DNA of 63,539 nucleotides, the filler included, from Stramenopiles sp. TOSAG23-3 (lineage: Eukaryota), in NCBI GenBank assembly GCA_900128585.1. It is 51 parts of 51 records of this genome, joined end to end, with 100 filler letters (N's around TTAATTAATTAA, not from the genome) between each part and the next. Parts side by side here need not be neighbours in the genome. Positions count along the whole stretch, not along the records: positions 10,055 to 11,209 come from LT646373.1; positions 11,310 to 12,464 come from LT646374.1; positions 12,565 to 13,718 come from LT646375.1; positions 13,819 to 14,971 come from LT646376.1; positions 15,072 to 16,223 come from LT646377.1; positions 16,324 to 17,474 come from LT646378.1; positions 17,575 to 18,725 come from LT646379.1; positions 18,826 to 19,976 come from LT646380.1; 43 more parts are not named here. One strand, written 5' to 3'. Shown here piece by piece: positions 10,332 to 21,328 of this stretch (its first letter is position 1; each line of letters begins with the position of its first letter). Below the pieces are notes generated by a model. The model had not been told where the DNA came from, ran no database searches, and worked only from the letters and a program-made list of their open reading frames with translations. The position numbers and the translations under genes were made by a program.

Positions 10332-10922
10332 TCTTGGTGCTATGTGGCCGTTATTTTATTATTTGAATTTGGTTCATCTCGTTAAAATATCTCCTTCTGA
10401 CCTAACGTGAATACGCTATATCGTATTCACGAAAATTATAGTACTACAAAAAACTATATACTAAAAATTATAGTACACTATCAAACTTCGTTCGTTTGTG
10501 ACATTTATTTTAAAAAATTGAATGTGTAATGCTATTCACCCAAGGACCCCAGGCGATGGCATGTTCTATCCATTCCCATCCTTGAGAACTCCAAACTTTT
10601 AAAACATGATACTGTACCGGAAACAATACAAACTTGTATAAGTTTCCAAGCACTTGCCATAACGACTTACAGTTTTTTTTGCGTTCATTGTTTTTGAAAG
10701 TACGCGCGTTTAAATACCACTTTCAGGAAAATCGAGTAAGGGAAAGTTACCAAGTTCACCAGCACCCTAGGGGTAAACACGGCGGGCGCTGTACAATGGC
10801 ACGAACAAAGGGATAGTGACCAGGCAACACATGGTCGTGGTGGGTATACATTGAATATTCAATATCTCGGTCCATTAACACACCCACTCGTTTCTATTTT
10901 TTTTTTTTTCAGTACGTTTTGA

Positions 10923-11209
10923 CCTTGGGGAACGTGGCGTTGGACGCTGTCGGCTGTGGTGATTCACAAAGACGGGGGGCTCCTTTACGCGACGGTGGCG
11001 AGGGACGCGGTGTCGTTGGACTACCCGTCCCCGGACGGCTTCGACGTTTTGAGCGGGACGTTTACGGTCCAACAGTCTGACCAAGGGGGCGTTCGTTCAA
11101 ACGACGGGGTCGTTCGACTGGAGGGGGTCGCCGCCGCCTCGACCGTGCCGGGGGAAGCTACCATCGCGCCCGTTGGCCTGACGCCGAGCATCGGCGAAAC
11201 CCTGGGCCT
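10923..11209 (+). CDS. Possible coding exon, unknown product, 3'-partial
   Basis: Abrupt rise in GC after a polypyrimidine-CAG (about 10890-10912); open frame to the contig end, 5' boundary uncertain. Confidence 0.35.
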
Positions 11210-11526
11210 NNNNNNNNNNNNNNNNNNNNNNNNNNNNNNNNNNNNNNNNNNNNTTAATTAATTAANNNNNNNNNNNNNNNNNNNNNNNNNNNNNNNNNNN
11301 NNNNNNNNNTTGCAATTTGTAAGAGTCCATCTGTTAGTGGGTTGACCGTCTGAGATGTGAAATCCTCAGTATAACAAGCGTTCTAAACAGCAAGCCTGGA
11401 TACACAATCCCATCAGCAGAAGTTTTCTACTCGTTGGACTATTTCATCGCTTATAAATTGATTTGCAGTTAATTTGGTTGGCTGGCATTTGTAAAGATGT
11501 TGGACGGGAACTGCCTACGTGGTAAA

Positions 11527-11889
11527 ATGAACAAAGTCTACATATTGTTGATTGTATGCGCGCATATATCGTGCGTTTTGTGTGACGACAAAGTAGGCGA
11601 TACTTTGAACGATGCGGCTTCGTCGCTGTTGGAGATAGGTCCTACTATAACCAAAGCCGATTTCGAGAATTTTCGTGAGAATGCCATGGCAAAAGGCAAG
11701 GCCGCGAAAGACGTGTTAGCAGGCGTTCAGTACGACGGAACAACGTTCTCGTTCCAGTGCAGTACGAGCGAGAAGTTATGCGCAGAAGTGACGGCGCAAA
11801 GCCGCAAGTTTACTAAGTACGAAGTCCAGGATCCAAAAGGGCGCCGCCGTTTGTTGAACTTGAAGGGAAGGAGGGGCAGTGCATGTTGA
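11527..11889 (+). CDS. Small secreted protein with an SLLE motif and an RRRLL...GSAC-stop tail
   Basis: MNKVYILLIVCAHISCVLC signal peptide; complete 120-aa ORF. Confidence 0.75.
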   Translation: MNKVYILLIVCAHISCVLCDDKVGDTLNDAASSLLEIGPTITKADFENFRENAMAKGKAAKDVLAGVQYDGTTFSFQCSTSEKLCAEVTAQSRKFTKYEVQDPKGRRRLLNLKGRRGSAC

Positions 11890-12045
11890 GATTTATACAC
11901 AAGTTATCTGAACGCTAAATAACTTCTGGTTAAAAATAAAATTACAGTTCAAACTGTAATTTAGGTTACAACCGAGTATGCAAATAAAACAATATATCTC
12001 TTCTTTCCTCTCTTTTCTCCTTCGCGTTTGTAACGTTGCAATATG

Positions 12046-12462
12046 TCAAGGCACAGGGCAATCCCCATTGTCGTAGTCGCATTCTGCTGTGTTGCATCCC
12101 TCACCTTCCACCGGTAATATTTCAGGCATTGACCCATCGAACGACGCCCAATCGTATACATATTCTGTATCATCACATGCCCCACTTCCTCTTTCATATG
12201 CCGGGCAATCCCTTGTACACTGCCTTTCGCACGAGTACAAAACGTTTGCATCACGCAAATCGGATATTAAAGCGTCGCTCAAGCATGCTGATGTGTTGAA
12301 CATACTTATCTCTTCTAAATTGGGCAACCCACCATTTTGCACGAAAGCATTGGGAAGCGAGCGCAGACTTGGATTGTGTCGTATGTCAATATACTTCATA
12401 TGAATCCAGTCTTGAGTATCAATAGCTGGGAATTGACTCAACTGATTGTTCCATGCGTCAAA
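12046..12462 (-). CDS. LRR plus LNR (Notch/Lin-12 repeat) protein, C-terminal part
   Basis: MKYIDIRHNPSLRSLP, LEEISMFNT (LRR); CPAYERGSGACD...GCNTAECDYDNGDC (LNR). Confidence 0.75.
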   Translation of the reverse strand, partial: FDAWNNQLSQFPAIDTQDWIHMKYIDIRHNPSLRSLPNAFVQNGGLPNLEEISMFNTSACLSDALISDLRDANVLYSCERQCTRDCPAYERGSGACDDTEYVYDWASFDGSMPEILPVEGEGCNTAECDYDNGDCPVP

Positions 12463-12634
12463 AANNNNNNNNNNNNNNNNNNNNNNNNNNNNNNNNNNNN
12501 NNNNNNNNTTAATTAATTAANNNNNNNNNNNNNNNNNNNNNNNNNNNNNNNNNNNNNNNNNNNNACAAAAGAACAGAACAAAAATACAACAACAAACAAA
12601 CAAAACAAACAAAAGCAAATTATATTAAACACAC

Positions 12635-13388
12635 AATGGAACAGCCGCGCCCACTCGTCGTACGAGCACTTGGGGACATTTACATTCTTAAACATAAGGT
12701 CGTCCGCGACTGGGTTGCAGTAAACTGCGAACTGGGACAATCGGATTCTTTTGTGGACGGCGGCAATCAACCGGGACGCGCGGTCGACGTACGCATCCCC
12801 CCAGTTCTCATCCGTGCTATTCATTCGCAACGAGTCCAGGACAAACCCAAACGCGAACGGCCGCGCGGGCCGGGAAACGTGGTCCTCGTACCGAACGTGC
12901 ACGTTCCTGACCAGGACTTCGATGTTATCTACAAGTCGGGTGCCCAACCGCGCGAAAAACCCGCCACTCTCCGCCTCGCCCTTCGACAGCTCGCTGTTGC
13001 TGTGCCGGTTTATGGCAAAGAGCTCGGCCCGGCGAAGCCGGGTTTCCTTCACATACGCTCCCCTCGACTCTTTTTCCTTGTCCGTCCATGAGAATTTAGG
13101 ACCTATCAACATGTACACGTGGTCGATGACCACTTCTATCCGCGCAGAGTTCACCAGGTTCGACCAGTTCCCGCCGGACACTTTGAATTCGATTTGCCCT
13201 ATATACCCTTTCACGAGTGAAAGCGGCAAATTCAAAAAATCAAGGCACGAAGCGTTCAACTCCAGCTTTTCCAAACAAACGTGCCCATTGTAAACATCTG
13301 CGCGCAACCTATCCTTCTGCAACGACTCTGCCTTTACAAACGCACCTAAATATTCCTGCAACAACCCTAAGATGTAAGCCTCGAACAT
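12635..13388 (-). CDS. VPS13: VPS13-family lipid transfer protein, chorein-N region (first exon or fragment)
   Basis: MFEAYILGLLQEYLGAFV, LNLPLSLVKGYIG, DNIEVLVRNVHVRYED, PFAFGFVLDSL..STDENW; possible GT donor at 12634. Confidence 0.9.
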
Positions 13389-13818
13389 GCCCCCCCAACG
13401 CACACACAATCACAAACAAACAAGCAAACCTCCTTTACGTCCGTCCGGCTGGCCGTCGTTGGTTCGGACTTGGGAACAGTACGTTTACTAAGTCCTCCTA
13501 CTGTACTACTACTGCGGTACACCCTGTACGGACAATAGAAAATTGTACCACCAAGAAATATCGACACGAACGAGCGAACCAATGGAAAGTCTAATTCAAA
13601 CCAAAATCATATTCAAATTCAAATTCAAAACATTTTTCTTGCGTTACACTTTTTTCTTCTAACTTCAAATAGAATTATTGTTTAGAACTTTTTCGAAGAA
13701 GAAAAATTATTCAAAAAGNNNNNNNNNNNNNNNNNNNNNNNNNNNNNNNNNNNNNNNNNNNNTTAATTAATTAANNNNNNNNNNNNNNNNNNNNNNNNNN
13801 NNNNNNNNNNNNNNNNNN

Positions 13819-13995
13819 TCTTCTTCTTCTTCTTCTTCTTCTTCTTCTTCTTCTTCTTCTTCTTCTTCTTCTTCTTCTTCTTCTTCTTTTTCTTCTTTTT
13901 CTTCTTTCTTTTTTCTTCTTCTTCTTCTTCTTCTTCTTCTTCTTCTTCTTCTTCTTCTCCTTCTTCTTCTTTTTTTTTTCTTCTTCTTCTTTCTT
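13819..13995. repeat. (TTC)n microsatellite at a contig start
   Basis: Direct observation. Confidence 0.95.
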
Positions 13996-14645
13996 CTCCC
14001 TTCCTCGCCATTATTATAATGAATAATGAATGAATGATGGAATAATCTTAATTATTAATTAATATACTGTACGGTGTAGTATAATACAGTAATAATAAAA
14101 AAATGTATCTTTTTTTTTTTTATTTTTTAATAATAAAATCAATATTTATAACTATAATATATAACATAATATAATAATAGTTGTTCAAAATATAATAATA
14201 AAAAAAAAGAAGATGAAGAAAAACGGGGGTGAGGAGTAAGTAGTAGTGTGATGATGATGATGTGATGAACAAAAAAAAAAAAAATATTTTTTTTAAAAAT
14301 ATAATATTTTATTATTATTTTTTATTATTAGTCTATTCTACTCTATATTATTATAGACTATTATTATTATTATTATTATTATTGAGAATCAATAAATCAC
14401 ATTTGTTGTTGAATGATAGAACGACTATACATATATCTGTAATCTACGTCTCAACAAAATATAAACACAAGTATCGTTTCATTCTTAATTAATAAACACT
14501 GCAGCATTTATACACACAGAAAGGAATAAATATACACATATATATACTTCTTCGTCCTTTCTTTGTTTTGACAGAAGATTGACTGCCTGTTCAAGTCTTG
14601 TCAGCACTTTCGCAACCGCCACCACCACAGTGCTCTTCTTCTGGC

Positions 14646-14971
14646 ATGGCGAACTTTGCAAACCTGAACCCGTTTTCAAGCATGGGCGGCGGGCGCACCA
14701 CGGGGGGTTTGGGCACCATCGGCCCAGCGTACACGAGGGGCGAAATCGAGCCCCCCGCGGGGGAAAAGGACATGGGGGGGTGGACTGCCGCAGTGTACAC
14801 TGCAGAGCAGCAGCGCCGGCTGGGTGTCGACGAGAGTGGGAAGAAACGAGTTTCTCACCCGTCCCCTGGCCGTTCGACGGGCGGGCCCAGGACCTTGGGC
14901 CCCGCTTGGACGCGCTCGAACACGGAAGCCCCGCGGGGAGAAAAAGACATGGGCGGGTGGACCGCGGCCGT
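14646..14971 (+). CDS. Protein with a tandem ~59-aa uncharacterised module (GPA[YW]TR..E.P.GEKDMGGWTAA), 3'-partial
   Basis: Two copies of the module, repeated at both DNA and protein level. Confidence 0.7.
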
Positions 14972-15071
14972 NNNNNNNNNNNNNNNNNNNNNNNNNNNNN
15001 NNNNNNNNNNNNNNNTTAATTAATTAANNNNNNNNNNNNNNNNNNNNNNNNNNNNNNNNNNNNNNNNNNNN

Positions 15072-16097
15072 TGGCATGTCTACAATACTATCATGAAACT
15101 GCTTCCCTAACAGGTGGTTGACGGACCGCTTTCGAAAGATGGACAACACCTCTACCAACGGTTTTAGGCCGGACGGGATCTGTTCCAACACCTCCGCCCC
15201 AACCATTCGCGTCCTCAGGGCCTCAAGCACTACGCTGCAGGTTCGGTTCGGATCGAGGTGAAAGAAACCAATCAACGATTTTATTCGGTGGGAGAGCACC
15301 TGGCCGCTCATGCTTCCTGCCTCTTCGGCGCCATGGAGTTCGCTCATTACTTTTGCAAACCCTTCGGATTCTTCCGCCAATAGATTAAATTTGGTTTGAA
15401 GCCACAGGCGCGATGTCCGTTTCTTCACGAGTAACTTTCTTACTTGCTTTTCGTCAATCATCTTTGCACCCTCGAGCAGTCGAAGCCCCAATTGTTCTTT
15501 TGCCAGCTGTTCGAATAGCGGCAACCCGCTGCGCGGGTGGCAAAGGAAGTGCACGAAATTGGCAACGCATTGGAACTGTTCGTTCAGAGGTCGAATTTCC
15601 TGTTGCAATGGCCCGTCCGCTATTTCTGCCTTCTTCGAGTCGTCGTCGCCCGCAGCAGCTAACGCGGCCTTTAACGCAGCTTCGAGTGGCTTGAGGGAGA
15701 CTACCAGCTCCGTTGTGGCCTGCCAAATCGCGCTCACAAACCAGGTAACAAGTGATTTGGCTGCCGCTCTACCCTTTTCTTCTTCCGGCAGGTCTTCCTC
15801 TCTCCGGCGCTTCTTGATCTTCCCTCTCTCTATGCTCTGCCCGGTGGCTTTTGTTGCAGCCAACAGTGCGCACGTAACTACGGACGAAGCCATTTCCTTT
15901 GCGTCAACGTCGCCACTGGCGACACGCCAAACAATTTCTTCCAACGCATTAATGCCTTTCTTGCCGAGATCAAAATTGTTTTCATCGAACGATTGCGCAA
16001 TGTCCTCTTCAACCATGCGATGCACCACCTGGGCGCCGTCCTTGGAGAAGGTAGAAACCACCGGGCCCGTAAGGGTTTGAAACATAGGAGGCGGCAT
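15072..16097 (-). CDS. THOC2: THO complex subunit 2, N-terminal part
   Basis: QTKFNLLAEESEGFAKV and IKSLIGFFHLDPNR. Confidence 0.9.
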
Positions 16098-16324
16098 GTC
16101 GTCTGTACTCACCTCGACCTGTCCTGTCAAACGCTGCAAACAATTATTTTCGTCGCTCAATCACTTGCTCAGGCTACCAAACACAGGTTAACAGATGAAC
16201 AACAAAAGTATACCGGAGTGCTGNNNNNNNNNNNNNNNNNNNNNNNNNNNNNNNNNNNNNNNNNNNNTTAATTAATTAANNNNNNNNNNNNNNNNNNNNN
16301 NNNNNNNNNNNNNNNNNNNNNNNG

Positions 16325-16450
16325 TGCAAGATCGACGAAGAAGGAAAGGCCAACAAGGTCGTCAAGTGCTCCTGCGCCGTTATCACCGAGTACGGTGAAG
16401 AAAGCCACGCCTTGACCGTATTGTTGAAGTACTTGGACAGCCAAAACTAA
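16325..16450 (+). CDS. RPS12: 40S ribosomal protein eS12, C-terminus (not in the ORF track)
   Basis: Manual translation [41 protein letters not shown]. Confidence 0.92.
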   Translation, partial: CKIDEEGKANKVVKCSCAVITEYGEESHALTVLLKYLDSQN

Positions 16451-16875
16451 GTAGTGTAGTCTTACCATTTTTCCCAAATCACGGCTAGTAACATTATGTT
16501 GCCGACTGTGTGTATGTGGAGGATGGCCACGGCAGACTCTGCCTGTGACCGGACACAATATTTACGTTGATTGATTGCAAATGAAATCGAGGTTGGGGGG
16601 TGTTTGTAACGTAAAACATGTTTATAAATACAACGCGATCTTATATTTTTTCATGCACGACCGGTGTACGTACATTTTAACTTGTTTATTTTACCATCTC
16701 TGAATTTACGTGTTAAACATACGCATAATATTGAAACTCAACAATAATTGTTACGTTACCAAATTACACCCCACCTGGTTACAATCACGATTCTTGCAGC
16801 CTGGAGAACTAACTGCACACACACGGGTATTTCACGAGACCCAGTATACTATTTAAGTATGCACCCGACTCCTCT

Positions 16876-17472
16876 TCACGGGCTCGCATCTTCGGCAAAA
16901 TCGTGACCGCCCACCAGGCTTTCCGCCTTGTGCTCGACGATCTGGTACCCTTTCCCTTTCATGGGAATCAACGGGTCGTACGTAACCTTCTCTGTCATCT
17001 TCCGCCTCTTCTTCGGGGACCTCTTTTTTGGGGTCTTCTTCCCTTTCGTCCCCATCACCAAACTACGGTCGAGGATCATTTCTAATTCCTTCTCAGAGAT
17101 CCCGCCCCGGGTGCCTTTCACCAAGCTGTCCGCCATTTTTATGTCGTCCGACAGCAGCTCGTCGATGATATCTTTCTTCAGGCTCGTCGCCGTAGATTTC
17201 TTCTTCGCGTTTCCCGCAAAGTTTCCGGCCATTGTCATTCGAGAGAGGCTTCGCTTCGCGTTCGCGCGCTCTAGAATCAACGTCTCCACAGAGCTTTCCA
17301 TGCACAGTCGGTAGACAAACACGTCGTTTTTTTGACCGATTCGATGCGCGCGGTCCTGGGCCTGGTTGTCCATGTGAGGGTTCCAGTCGCTGTCGTAAAT
17401 GATCACCGTATCCGCTGTCGCCAGGTTGATGCCGACCCCGCCCGCCCGGGTGGACAGAAGGAATATGGACTT
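16876..17472 (-). CDS. HELLS: SNF2 remodeler, DDM1/LSH (HELLS) type, C-terminus
   Basis: [57 protein letters not shown] and KGKGYQIV resemble DDM1/LSH tails. Confidence 0.7.
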   Translation of the reverse strand, partial: KSIFLLSTRAGGVGINLATADTVIIYDSDWNPHMDNQAQDRAHRIGQKNDVFVYRLCMESSVETLILERANAKRSLSRMTMAGNFAGNAKKKSTATSLKKDIIDELLSDDIKMADSLVKGTRGGISEKELEMILDRSLVMGTKGKKTPKKRSPKKRRKMTEKVTYDPLIPMKGKGYQIVEHKAESLVGGHDFAEDASP

Positions 17473-17576
17473 CTNNNNNNNNNNNNNNNNNNNNNNNNNN
17501 NNNNNNNNNNNNNNNNNNTTAATTAATTAANNNNNNNNNNNNNNNNNNNNNNNNNNNNNNNNNNNNNNNNNNNNCG

Positions 17577-18038
17577 TCAGAATTGAAAGATTGCAGTGAT
17601 ACGCTTAAGGTAAAATTGCAGCCACACACATTAATTCATCTTGCCGCTAAGTACAACAGTGTGGATGTGTTGGAGTACTTTGTAAAAAAAAAGTTTTTTA
17701 AAGTAGACGAGCTAGTAAAGAACCAATCAACCCCGTTGCATCAAGCTGCTTATCATGGTAAACTACAAGTTCTAGAGAAACTAATATGTTTGGAGAGTAA
17801 TCCATGGCTGCGCACAAAAAGCGACTATTTGCCCATTCATAACGCAATCATGAGAAACCAAGACAAAGTGGTAGAAATTTTATTGAACTATATGAGCAAG
17901 AAGAACCCTAGCAAAAAAGAAATTACTTTTGAACGTATTCGAGTACCCCCAAGTAAACATTGGAAAGACGAACACACAGAAAAGCTGAAGGGATTCATCG
18001 AAAAGGTATTTTCACCCAATGCTGTGTCACAAAAATGA
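17577..18038 (+). CDS. Ankyrin-repeat protein, C-terminus
   Basis: TLIHLAAKYN, TPLHQAAYHG, LPIHNAIMRN. Confidence 0.85.
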   Translation, partial: SELKDCSDTLKVKLQPHTLIHLAAKYNSVDVLEYFVKKKFFKVDELVKNQSTPLHQAAYHGKLQVLEKLICLESNPWLRTKSDYLPIHNAIMRNQDKVVEILLNYMSKKNPSKKEITFERIRVPPSKHWKDEHTEKLKGFIEKVFSPNAVSQK

Positions 18039-18121
18039 GCAAGGCCAGACCTGATGCCAGTAAATGAAACATTTATTCGTTATTAAACTTCGTAAGTTAA
18101 GTTTACAGACAAAAGAGTTGT

Positions 18122-18724
18122 TTAATTTCTGTCGGAAGCCCCACGATCTTCAGTAAGACGCGGTCTTATTTGAATTAGGATCGCTTCTTTCGAATCGTTC
18201 TCGCTCATATCATCTTCAACGTCAGAATATCCATCATCAAAGGTGTCAGATTTTGCCGCGTAAACGAGTGCTTGCCCTGTCTGTAGGTTTTGGACAGTTT
18301 CAAATCCGTCTGGCGGGAGTGGCACTTTGTTGTCAATGCACTTGTACCATGCTTTGGAATGGAATCCGTGGCAAACTGAAACAGATGATAGCCCCAACAG
18401 CTCCGGTGGCATGGTGTCAGGGGATTGGGTGGAAACAATAACGCGAATTGCTTCGTGACGCATCTGTCGAACTGTTTCTACGATCGCATTTGCCAAACCG
18501 TCACCACCTTTAAATTTCTCATCAAAATATTTGTGTGCCTCATCACAAACTACAATTTTTCCACAATTGCAACTTTCGCGAGGGATTTTCCGAAATTGTT
18601 CAAGCAAAACCTGAAAAATACCATTGGCTTCAATCGGGGCCAGCATGGGATCTGTCAGGTCTGCAACCACTAGCCTTCCAGACCCGATAAGATCTTTTAG
18701 ATCCCTTTGTTGCCCCTGCGTCGC
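18122..18724 (-). CDS. HerA/FtsK-superfamily P-loop ATPase, C-terminal half
   Basis: VVADLTDP, Walker B KIVVCDEAHKY, arginine finger RQMRH, VIVSTQSP, LQTGQALVY, IRPRLTEDRG. Confidence 0.75.
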   Translation of the reverse strand, partial: ATQGQQRDLKDLIGSGRLVVADLTDPMLAPIEANGIFQVLLEQFRKIPRESCNCGKIVVCDEAHKYFDEKFKGGDGLANAIVETVRQMRHEAIRVIVSTQSPDTMPPELLGLSSVSVCHGFHSKAWYKCIDNKVPLPPDGFETVQNLQTGQALVYAAKSDTFDDGYSDVEDDMSENDSKEAILIQIRPRLTEDRGASDRN

Positions 18725-18825
18725 CNNNNNNNNNNNNNNNNNNNNNNNNNNNNNNNNNNNNNNNNNNNNTTAATTAATTAANNNNNNNNNNNNNNNNNNN
18801 NNNNNNNNNNNNNNNNNNNNNNNNN

Positions 18826-19976
18826 TTCTCCTCCTCCTCTCTCCTCAGGTCTCGTACTCAGGACTCAGGACTACTCAGGACCACATAAAATAGTAATAAT
18901 CCGCCGGCCTATATCGCCTATATTTTAATACTATGTATAAATACAATTTCTTGTATTTTTTTTACCCCACTCTTGTTGTGGTCATTGGTCATTCCATTTA
19001 ATTTTTTTATTAGACGACTTAATCACGTCGTACATCACATCAACATCATCACATCACATCATCCAATTTAAAAAATTATAGAATGCATCCTGTCCTCGTA
19101 GTGGACTTAATAGGGAAGTAGTGTATACAGTGTATGGTATTATATGTAAATAAATGCTCTTCCCCAATTTTTGAACACAACAACCATTTTCATAGTAATT
19201 CAACCATAACATAAACACAGCACACAGCGATGTTAAAAATTATTACACAATATTGTTTGTTGTACTTATAAACCATATTTTATGTATTAATGAATAATTT
19301 ATCTATCTAAATAGTATTTTCAGTTCTTGTATAAATATATAATACTCACTATCTCAATATATTAACAAAATAAAAAGAAAAAAAATGCAGCATGCAACGA
19401 AAATTTGACCAGTTTTTGATACATACAATCAATCTTTGTTATTTATTTTGAGTTTTAGAATAGTATATTTAACCCTATGTTTATATCAAACAACGTAATT
19501 GATTAAACTAACTTGCAATTTCATTATTAATCATCTGGTGCCTGGTGCTAGAGACTATAAAAAAATAATAAAGTCTTCGCTGTTGTTGTTAGAAGAGGAG
19601 CCAAAAAAAAGAACTACTACAAAAATGTATTTAAAAAAGACAACGGACGGATCTCATGATCATGATCAATACTGGGCGAAAAAATAAGAGAGTTGAAGCT
19701 GCACCAACAACATAAGGGCGTGGTTTGCTGCATTGGAATAGAGGAGAGTACCGTCGTACAGTATCGTCTGGCCAAGGATGTTTTCATTTCTGGGATTGAA
19801 GCGTAACACTGGCATTGAGATTATGGTCAGGGAAATTGTTGTTGACGTAGTGGAAGGCGCGTGGGACGCCACTGAATTTAGGGAAAGGGCGACCAGTGCG
19901 GATTATTACTATTTTATGTGGTCCTGAGTAGTCCTGAGTCCTGAGTACGAGACCTGAGGAGAGAGGAGGAGGAGAA
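18826..19976. repeat. Contig bounded by perfect 79-bp inverted repeats (18826-18904 and 19898-19976) containing CTCAGG x4
   Basis: Base-by-base reverse-complement match; base 80 differs. Confidence 0.95.
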
Positions 19977-20241
19977 NNNNNNNNNNNNNNNNNNNNNNNN
20001 NNNNNNNNNNNNNNNNNNNNTTAATTAATTAANNNNNNNNNNNNNNNNNNNNNNNNNNNNNNNNNNNNNNNNNNNNATAAATTAAAAAAACTTAAATCCA
20101 AAAGTTGAAATATCTGAAAATTTAATAAAAAAATTACGAAGTACTTCGCATGCACACGTATGTGATATTTAAAAGTATGTTTTAGGATACAGACATTTTT
20201 ATGGAACCCTTCAATTGTATTTACACTTACGCGGGCGCGCT

Positions 20242-20958
20242 TTATTCTTTCGGCGCATCGTCATCATCGTGCGGGGAAACGACAACGCTCGTCAACGGTT
20301 CGTTTTCATCATCCCTTTGCGCGCCGTACAATTTCACCTCTTTCGTCATCCTTTGTACTTGCTTGAACAGTTGGTACATTGAGAATCCTAACAAACAAGA
20401 AACTACCATTCCAAAACCGAAGAAACGCTTGCTCTCGGTCAAGAACTCTTGACTTTCGAGATGGCACAATTGCGCAGTCTCAGTCTCTGTAATGATCAAA
20501 GACGCGACCGAAAGACAGAACAATGCCACGTAGGAAAGAGTCACAAGGCAGAGCATCAGCATGGTGCACAGGGGCCGCCGTGTTTTATCAGTTTGCGAGA
20601 TGGCTGCGATGTACATAAAAACGAGAAGAACTCCAAACGTTATGTAGATATACCCAAAGGCCTTGCCCGAGCGGGCAATTGGTTCACAAAAATCGGACCA
20701 TCTCCGCCGCTCGTTTTCTATGTACTGGTTGTTCAACGGCCAGTAAGAGATCGAAAACGACAAGACGGCCGAGCCCCAAGAGTACAGGGTAAACTTAAAA
20801 CCAACGCGGTACCCGGGGGGAAGCATTGCACGGCCATGGTGAAGGTGCATGTACTGCAGGGCCCTGCGCCCACCCCCTTGCCCCGTTCCGTTTCTGACGA
20901 CCATACCGTCGTTGTTGGGATTGCCGGCTTCCCCAGACGACTGTTCCATCGAATCCAT
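20242..20958 (-). CDS. Hypothetical four-pass membrane protein
   Basis: Four hydrophobic segments with paired loop cysteines; start codon uncertain. Confidence 0.65.
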   Translation of the reverse strand: MDSMEQSSGEAGNPNNDGMVVRNGTGQGGGRRALQYMHLHHGRAMLPPGYRVGFKFTLYSWGSAVLSFSISYWPLNNQYIENERRRWSDFCEPIARSGKAFGYIYITFGVLLVFMYIAAISQTDKTRRPLCTMLMLCLVTLSYVALFCLSVASLIITETETAQLCHLESQEFLTESKRFFGFGMVVSCLLGFSMYQLFKQVQRMTKEVKLYGAQRDDENEPLTSVVVSPHDDDDAPKE

Positions 20959-21328
20959 TTCAACCAAGAAACCGTATACTGCCCTTTGAACGATTCCATA
21001 TAACCCAATCCTGCAGCATTAAAATTAAACATTCAAACGTAGGTTTCTTCAGCATATTCAAACATTGGTAGTAAGATAGATGGAAGAAAGAGAATGAAAA
21101 TTGATTATTTTTAAATCTCATTTTTTTGTATATTATTGTTGTTGTTTGGAGAATTTTTTTATTGATAATAATAACGATAATAATATAAATAGATGATATA
21201 AAAGGGATACAGTATTGAGATTATATANNNNNNNNNNNNNNNNNNNNNNNNNNNNNNNNNNNNNNNNNNNNTTAATTAATTAANNNNNNNNNNNNNNNNN
21301 NNNNNNNNNNNNNNNNNNNNNNNNNNNT

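Noticed and set aside
13763-14011. Poly-Lys/Glu ORF (and similar ORFs at 39770-39997 and 45393-45662)
   Set aside because: Translations of TTC/AAG microsatellites
19499-19897. Short ORFs inside the first inverted-repeat contig as a transposase
   Set aside because: No DDE, HUH or recombinase motifs; frames are short and ambiguous
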